DNA of 64,000 nt from Alphaproteobacteria bacterium. Lineage in GTDB: Bacteria > Pseudomonadota > Alphaproteobacteria > SHVV01. The notes beneath the pieces are model-generated. The model was not told the origin of the DNA. It saw only the letters and a list, made by a program, of their open reading frames with translations, and ran no database searches. This document shows positions 58,083-64,000 of the stretch, piece by piece (the first letter of the stretch is position 1; every line of letters begins with the position of its first letter). Location of the stretch: contig OZ253470.1 in the NCBI GenBank assembly GCA_965261735.1, forward strand, positions 3,872,001 to 3,936,000, given 5' to 3'. The translations under genes were made by a program, and so were the position numbers.

Positions 58083-59397
58083 CGCGGTCCGACAACGCAG
58101 CGACGCCGACGGCTTCTTCGCCGCCGACCTGGCGCGTGATGACCCGGAAGTTTGGGGCGCTCTCGCCAACGAGCTCCGCCGCCAGCAGGATCAGATCGAG
58201 CTTATCGCGTCGGAGAATATCGCGAGCCCCGCGGTCCTCGCGGCCCAAGGCTCGATCATGACCAACAAATACGCCGAGGGGTATCCAGGGAGGCGCTACT
58301 ACGGCGGCTGCGCCTACTACGATGTCGTCGAGGAACTGGCCATCGAGAGGGCCAAGCGGCTGTTCGGCTGCGCCTTCGCCAATGTCCAGCCGCACTCCGG
58401 TGCCCAGGCCAACCAGGCGGTCATGATGGCGCTGATCGAGCCCGGCGCGCCCATCCTCGGCATGTCGCTCGCCGCCGGCGGCCATCTAACTCACGGGGCG
58501 GCGGTGAACCTGTCGGGCAAGTGGTTCAAGGCCGCCCAATATGGCGTGCGCCGGGCCGACGCGCTGATCGATTTCGATGAGGTCGAGCGATTGGCCCGCG
58601 AGCATCGGCCGCGGCTGATCATCGCCGGCGGCTCCGCCTATCCTCGCGTGATCGATTTTGCTCGCTTCCGCGCGATCGCCGACAGCGTTGACGCCATTCT
58701 CATGGTCGACATGGCGCACTTCGCCGGGCTCGTTGCCGGGGGCGCGCACCCGAGCCCGTTCCCGCACGCGCACGTGGTGACGACGACGACGCACAAGACC
58801 CTGCGCGGCCCGCGCGGCGGCATGATCCTCACCGACGACGAGGCGCTCGCCAAAAAGATCAACTCGGCCGTCTTTCCGGGCGTTCAGGGCGGGCCCTTGA
58901 TGCACGCGATCGCCGCCAAGGCGGTGGCCTTCGGGGAAGCGTTGGCGCCGGAGTTTCGTGGCTACGCCCGCGCCGTCGTCGACAACGCCAGAGCCGTCGC
59001 GGCGGCGCTCGAGGAGCGCGGCCTCGACATCGTTTCGGGCGGCACCGACACGCACCTCCTACTCGTCGATCTCAGACCCAAGCGCCTCACCGGGAAGGCG
59101 GCGGAGCGGGCCCTCGAGAACGCCCACATCACGTGCAACAAGAACGGCATTCCCTTCGATCCCGAGAAGCCGGCGGTGACGTCGGGCGTCCGCGTCGGCA
59201 CGCCGGCGGCCACGACCCGCGGTTTTGGCACCGCCGAGTTCCGTCAGGTCGGCAGTCTCCTGGCCGACGTGCTCGACGGTCTTGCCGCCGATCCCGAAAA
59301 TAACGGCGCCGTCGAATCGGCAGTGCGCGAAAAGGTCATCGCTCTGTGCGCCCGTTTCCCCATTTACGCGGAAGCGGGCATCGCGGCGACCCCATGA
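58069..59397 (+). CDS. glyA: Serine hydroxymethyltransferase
   Basis: [37 protein letters not shown]. Confidence 0.97.
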   Translation: MSLSDAVRQRSDADGFFAADLARDDPEVWGALANELRRQQDQIELIASENIASPAVLAAQGSIMTNKYAEGYPGRRYYGGCAYYDVVEELAIERAKRLFGCAFANVQPHSGAQANQAVMMALIEPGAPILGMSLAAGGHLTHGAAVNLSGKWFKAAQYGVRRADALIDFDEVERLAREHRPRLIIAGGSAYPRVIDFARFRAIADSVDAILMVDMAHFAGLVAGGAHPSPFPHAHVVTTTTHKTLRGPRGGMILTDDEALAKKINSAVFPGVQGGPLMHAIAAKAVAFGEALAPEFRGYARAVVDNARAVAAALEERGLDIVSGGTDTHLLLVDLRPKRLTGKAAERALENAHITCNKNGIPFDPEKPAVTSGVRVGTPAATTRGFGTAEFRQVGSLLADVLDGLAADPENNGAVESAVREKVIALCARFPIYAEAGIAATP

Positions 59398-59412
59398 CAT
59401 ACAGAAAACAAG

Positions 59413-59874
59413 ATGCGTTGCCCGTTCTGCGGTAACGACGAAACGCAGGTCAAGGATTCGCGGCCGACCGAGGACAACTCGGCGATCCGGCGCCGGCGCT
59501 TCTGTCCTGCCTGCGGTTCGCGCTTCACGACCTTCGAGCGCATTCAGCTGCGTGAGCTCACCGTCCTCAAGAAGAACGGCGCCCGTGCGCCCTTCGACCG
59601 CGACAAGCTCTATCGCTCGGTCCTCATCGCGACACGGAAACGGCCGGTCGAGCCCGACCGGATCGAGCGCATGGTCAACGGCATCATCCGCCGGCTGGAA
59701 AGCCTGGGCGAATCGGAGGTTCGCTCGGACGTCATCGGCGAACTGGTGATGCAGGGGCTTGCCAACCTCGATAGCGTCGCCTACGTCCGTTTCGCTTCGG
59801 TGTACAAGAACTTCCGCGAAGCCAAGGATTTCGAGGACTTCATAGGCGAGCTGAGTGGCGACCGGGAAACCTGA
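59413..59874 (+). CDS. nrdR: Transcriptional repressor NrdR
   Basis: MRCPFC..VKDSR..RRRR.C..C..RFTTFE; ATP cone; AYVRFASVY. Confidence 0.97.
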   Translation: MRCPFCGNDETQVKDSRPTEDNSAIRRRRFCPACGSRFTTFERIQLRELTVLKKNGARAPFDRDKLYRSVLIATRKRPVEPDRIERMVNGIIRRLESLGESEVRSDVIGELVMQGLANLDSVAYVRFASVYKNFREAKDFEDFIGELSGDRET

Positions 59875-60967
59875 CGCCGACGACACTCGTTTTATGAAAG
59901 CCGCCCTCGGGCTCGCCGCGTACGGGCTCGGAAGGGTGTGGCCCAATCCGGCCGTCGGTTGCATCCTGGTCAAGGATCACGTCGTGGCGCGCGGCTGGAC
60001 ACAACCGGGGGGCAGGCCCCACGCCGAGGCCGAGGCGCTGCGCCGGGCAGGCGCCGGCGCCGCTGGAGCCACCGCGTATGTCACCCTCGAGCCGTGCGTG
60101 CATCAAGGGGCCACGCCGCCCTGCGCCGACGCTCTGATCGGCGCCGGCATTCGCCGCGCCGTCGTTGCCATCGAGGATCCGGATCCGCGCGTTGCCGGCC
60201 AGGGGATCACCGCCTTGCGCGATGCTGGAGTCGAGGTCTCCACCGGCGCCTGCGCCGCGGACGCGGGCGACATCAATGCCGGCTTTCTCATGCGCCTCGG
60301 TTCGGGCCGGCCGCTGGTGACGCTCAAGACGGCGACCACGCTCGACGGCCGAATCGCCGTGCGGAGCGGTGAGAGCCGGTGGATCACGGGGCCCGCGGCG
60401 CGGGCGCGCGCCCACCTCATGCGGACCCAGAACGACGCGGTCCTCGTCGGCTCGGGCACGGCGATCACCGACGATCCGGAATTGACCTGCCGCCTTCCCG
60501 GCATGGCCGAGCGCAGCCCGGTGAGGATTGTGCTCGATCGCCGCCTGCGCGTGCCCGCGACCCATAGGCTGATCGCCACGGCGGACGCCGTGCCCACTTG
60601 GGTCGTGACCGAATCGGGCCACCCCGAGGCCCGCCGGCGGGCGCTGGAGGAGCGTGGCGCCGTCCTCATCGAAGTCGGCGGCCGCGGCCAGAGTTGCGAC
60701 CTGCATGCCGTATTGACGGAGCTCGGCCGGCGCGGCCTTACCCGCGTCCTGGTCGAGGGCGGGAGCGAGCTCGCCGCGGCCTTTCTCGCGGGCGGCCTCG
60801 TCGACCGGCTGGCATGGTTCAGGGGCGCCGGCGTGATCGGAGGCGACGGGATTGCGGCCGCCGGGCCCCTCGGCCTCGATCGGCTCGACCGCATGCCGGC
60901 CTTTCGCCGCCTGTCCGTCCTCGAAGTCGGCGACGATTTACTGGAAACCTACGCGCTTCGGCCTTAA
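59855..60967 (+). CDS. ribD: Riboflavin deaminase/reductase
   Basis: PNPAVG, HAE, TLEPC...PPC, TLDG, VEGG. Confidence 0.95.
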   Translation: MATGKPDADDTRFMKAALGLAAYGLGRVWPNPAVGCILVKDHVVARGWTQPGGRPHAEAEALRRAGAGAAGATAYVTLEPCVHQGATPPCADALIGAGIRRAVVAIEDPDPRVAGQGITALRDAGVEVSTGACAADAGDINAGFLMRLGSGRPLVTLKTATTLDGRIAVRSGESRWITGPAARARAHLMRTQNDAVLVGSGTAITDDPELTCRLPGMAERSPVRIVLDRRLRVPATHRLIATADAVPTWVVTESGHPEARRRALEERGAVLIEVGGRGQSCDLHAVLTELGRRGLTRVLVEGGSELAAAFLAGGLVDRLAWFRGAGVIGGDGIAAAGPLGLDRLDRMPAFRRLSVLEVGDDLLETYALRP

Positions 60968-60977
60968 TAACAGCGGC

Positions 60978-61571
60978 ATGTTCAGTGGCATCGTCACCGA
61001 CGTTGGCAGCGTCCGCTCGCTCACGGGTGAGGCCGACAGGCGGTTCGTCATCGAAACCGGGTTCGACACGGCCGCCATCGCGCTGGGCGCATCCATCGCC
61101 TGCTCCGGCGTTTGTCTCACCGTCACCGACAAGGGCGCCGGCTGGTTCGCGGTCGATGCATCGCGCGAGACCCTCTCCTGTACGACTCTCGCGGACTTCC
61201 AGGCCGGCACCCGGGTTAACCTCGAACGCAGCCTCAAGGTGGGCGACGAGATCGACGGCCATCTGGTGATGGGCCACGTGGACGGCACGGCGGTCATCAC
61301 CGCGTGCGAGCCCGATGGCGAGTCGCTGTGCTATCGTTTCGCGCTCGCCGCGCCGCTCAGCCGCTTCGTTGCACCCAAGGGCGCGATCGCGCTCGACGGT
61401 GTGTCGCTCACGGTCAACGAGGTCGAGGACGAGGCCTTCGGCGTCAACATCATTCCCCACACGCGCGCGACGACGACCTTCGGCAATGCCGCGCCGGGCG
61501 CGCGCGTCAACGTGGAGATCGACGTCCTGGCGCGCTACGTGGCACGCCTGACGGGGCACCGGGCGTCATGA
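60978..61571 (+). CDS. ribE: Riboflavin synthase (alpha chain)
   Basis: MFSGI, GVCLTV, VNLER, GHLVMGHVD, DGVSLTVN. Confidence 0.95.
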   Translation: MFSGIVTDVGSVRSLTGEADRRFVIETGFDTAAIALGASIACSGVCLTVTDKGAGWFAVDASRETLSCTTLADFQAGTRVNLERSLKVGDEIDGHLVMGHVDGTAVITACEPDGESLCYRFALAAPLSRFVAPKGAIALDGVSLTVNEVEDEAFGVNIIPHTRATTTFGNAAPGARVNVEIDVLARYVARLTGHRAS

Positions 61572-62695
61572 GGTCGCCTGCGCCCCTGTCCTCGATCGAG
61601 GAGGTGCTCGAGGACGTGGACAAGGGCCGCTTGATTATCCTCGTCGACGAGGAGGATCGCGAGAACGAGGGCGATCTCGTCATCCCCGGCGCCCGGGCCA
61701 CGCCGGAAGCCATCAACTTTATGGCCAAGCATGGGCGCGGCCTGATCTGCCTCGCCCTGACTAGCGAGCGGGTCGCCGAGCTCGGCTTGCCGCTGATGCC
61801 GCGCGACAATCTATCGCGCCACCAGACCGCTTTCACGGTCTCGATCGAGGCCCGCGAGGGCGTGACCACGGGCATCTCCGCGGCCGACCGTGCACACACG
61901 GTCTCGGTGGCCATCGATCCGGCGAAGGGCAAGGCCGACATCGGCACGCCGGGCCACGTGTTCCCGCTGGTCGCGCGCGACGGCGGTGTCCTGGCGCGCG
62001 CCGGGCACACCGAGGCGGCGGTCGACATCGCCCGTTTAGCGGGACTTAACCCTTCTGGTGTTATCTGCGAGATCATGAACGACGATGGCACGATGGCCCG
62101 CATGCCGGACCTCGTGGCCTTCGCCCAACGACACGGCCTCAAGATCGCTACCATCTCCGATTTGATCGCCTACCGCCTGCGCCACGACACGTTGATCGAG
62201 CGCGCTGTCGAGAGCGAGCTCGACAGCTGGTACGGCGGCCGGTTCCGAATGGTCGTGTACGTCAACAAGATCCAATATGCCGAACACGTCGCACTCATCA
62301 AAGGTGACATATCGGGGCCCGAGCCGGTACTGGTGCGCGTGCAGGCGTTCGATGTGCTCGGCGTTCTCGGCGACCGAGCCAACCGCGCGAATCTCCTGCA
62401 CGGGGCGATGCGGATGGTTGCCGACGCCGGCCGCGGTGTGGTGGTGTTGATTCGCGAGCCGAGCCCGACCAGCCTGTCGGACCGCGTTCGCGCGAAGCTC
62501 GCCGGTGCGCCGCCCCAACCCATCAAGCTGCGTGAGATCGGCGTTGGCGCGCAGATTTTGCGTGACCTCGGGGTACACGACATGATCCTCCTTTCGAACG
62601 CGCAGCGCCCGGCCGTGGCGCTTAACGGTTTCGGCCTTAGGGTAGTCGAGCAGCGCACGGTCCCGATCACGGAGGTCGACGGCGGGCATGGCTGA
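61568..62695 (+). CDS. ribB: DHBP synthase fused to a degenerate GTP cyclohydrolase II-like domain (RibBX type)
   Basis: DRENEGD, GLIC, AFTVS, TTGISA.DR, PGHVFPL, GHTEA; C-domain lacks the Zn cysteines. Confidence 0.9.
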   Translation: MRSPAPLSSIEEVLEDVDKGRLIILVDEEDRENEGDLVIPGARATPEAINFMAKHGRGLICLALTSERVAELGLPLMPRDNLSRHQTAFTVSIEAREGVTTGISAADRAHTVSVAIDPAKGKADIGTPGHVFPLVARDGGVLARAGHTEAAVDIARLAGLNPSGVICEIMNDDGTMARMPDLVAFAQRHGLKIATISDLIAYRLRHDTLIERAVESELDSWYGGRFRMVVYVNKIQYAEHVALIKGDISGPEPVLVRVQAFDVLGVLGDRANRANLLHGAMRMVADAGRGVVVLIREPSPTSLSDRVRAKLAGAPPQPIKLREIGVGAQILRDLGVHDMILLSNAQRPAVALNGFGLRVVEQRTVPITEVDGGHG

Positions 62696-63152
62696 CGACG
62701 TTCACATCCTCATTGTCAACGCTGGCTACTACGAGGATATTGCGGCCGCGCTGCTGCGCGGTGCCATCGGCGAAATCGAGGCGCGCGGCGCGACCTACGA
62801 GGACGTTGCCGTGCCTGGCGTGTTCGAGATACCGGCCGCGATTCGCATGGGCATGCGCTCGATGGAGCTTGTCGGCATGCGCCGGCGCTTCTCGGCGTAT
62901 GTCGCCCTCGGGTGCGTGGTTCGCGGCGAGACCGACCACTACGAGCACATCTGCCGCGAGGCCATTCGCAGCATCGCGGACCTCGCCACCGGCTACACGC
63001 TGGCGATGGGGATGGGCGTTCTGACCTGCCACACGCGTGAGCAGGCGCTGGCCCGGGCGGGCGACGATTCGCGCAACAAGGGCGCCGAGGCTGCGCGCGC
63101 GGCGCTCGGCATGGTCGAGGTCAAGCGCAGCTTCGGGTTTTTCCCGCGATGA
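62688..63152 (+). CDS. ribH: Lumazine synthase
   Basis: VPGVFEIP, LGCVVRGETDHYE, NKGAEAA. Confidence 0.92.
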   Translation: MADDVHILIVNAGYYEDIAAALLRGAIGEIEARGATYEDVAVPGVFEIPAAIRMGMRSMELVGMRRRFSAYVALGCVVRGETDHYEHICREAIRSIADLATGYTLAMGMGVLTCHTREQALARAGDDSRNKGAEAARAALGMVEVKRSFGFFPR

Positions 63153-63655
63153 GCGCCGGGCGCCGGCGCGGCCGCGGGCGTAGCCGCAGCGCCGCGCGGC
63201 TCGGCGCGGTCCAGGCGCTGTACCAGATCGAGGTTGGCGAGGTGAGCGCCGAGCACACGGTCGCGGAGTTCGAGGATCATCGCCTGGGCGCGGAAATCGA
63301 AGGGATCGCCTACGCCGACCCTGATGTCGCCCTGTTTCGCGACGTCGTGCGGGGGGCGAGCGCCCGGGCGCTCGAGATTGACGCCCTGATCGCCGGCGCC
63401 CTCAGTCGGGATTGGGCACTCGCGCGCCTCGACAGCACCGTGCGCGCCATCCTTCGGGCCGCGACTTTCGAGCTCGTGGCGCGGCCCGCGGTACCGGCTC
63501 GCGTCGTCATCAACGAGTACGTCGACGTGGCGCACGCGTTTTTCGCTGGTGCCGAGCCCGGCTTCGTCAACGGCGTGCTCGACACCCTCGTGCGCGCACT
63601 TCGGCCGGGCGAACTAGGGACGAACGGCGATGAGCAGGCCGCCGAGGCGCACTGA
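63149..63655 (+). CDS. nusB: Transcription antitermination factor NusB
   Basis: RSAARLGAVQALYQ, VVINEYV, FVNGVLD. Confidence 0.95.
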   Translation: MSAGRRRGRGRSRSAARLGAVQALYQIEVGEVSAEHTVAEFEDHRLGAEIEGIAYADPDVALFRDVVRGASARALEIDALIAGALSRDWALARLDSTVRAILRAATFELVARPAVPARVVINEYVDVAHAFFAGAEPGFVNGVLDTLVRALRPGELGTNGDEQAAEAH

Positions 63656-64000
63656 ATTCCGCTTGATCGCGGATCTCTTCGCCCCCCTCGCCGCCGATTA
63701 CGATCTCGCCTTCGGCCTCACCGACGATGCCGCCGTCGTACGGCCGAGCCCGGGTTGCGATCTCGTGGTGACCGCCGATGCCCTGGTTGCCGGCGTCCAC
63801 TTTCGGCCCGACGACGACCCCGACCTGATCGCGCGCAAGGCCCTCAGGGTCAACCTCTCCGACCTCGCCGCCATGGGCGCGTCCCCCCTCGGCTACCTCC
63901 TCACCCTCGCCCGGCCTGAGGCCGTGGACGATGCGTGGATAGAGAAATTCGTTGTGGGACTGGGCCACGATCAGCGGGCCTTCGGCACTATCCTGATCGG
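63630..64000 (+). CDS. thiL: Thiamine-monophosphate kinase, partial (runs off window)
   Basis: EFRLIADLFAP, DDAAV, DALVAGVHF, VNLSDLAAMGA. Confidence 0.93.
   Translation, partial: MSRPPRRTEFRLIADLFAPLAADYDLAFGLTDDAAVVRPSPGCDLVVTADALVAGVHFRPDDDPDLIARKALRVNLSDLAAMGASPLGYLLTLARPEAVDDAWIEKFVVGLGHDQRAFGTILI

Noticed and set aside
59398-59860. FMN riboswitch for the rib operon
   Set aside because: No leader exists; ribD overlaps nrdR within a standard operon

Overview
GC-rich alphaproteobacterial chromosome segment (Shemin-pathway hemA, LdtR-like regulator, clpS-clpA, recO-parC, rpiB-glyA-nrdR-rib-nusB-thiL; probably Rhodospirillales-like, which is an inference). Core and metabolic genes are interleaved with ABC-transport and catabolic clusters, and the region shows active decay. 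Three complete-ended IS elements (IS1595, IS630, IS1380), each with readable inverted repeats and target duplications, plus a truncated second IS1595 copy and other element remnants are present. Broken genes include putA, a 2OG-Fe(II) oxygenase, an adenylate cyclase, an ATPase-TPR protein, motA, motB and two TA toxins. A 126-bp tandem duplication lies in the ridA/hemA divergent promoter. The best candidates for undescribed biology are: a cyclase / PilZ-like+PhcB-like methyltransferase / 2OG-oxygenase trio, a binding protein / heme-oxygenase-like diiron enzyme / CoA-transferase cluster, and a VWA + Pam18/TimB-like J-protein pair. No rRNA, tRNA or CRISPR array was recognised. Family calls come from motif recognition, not database searches.
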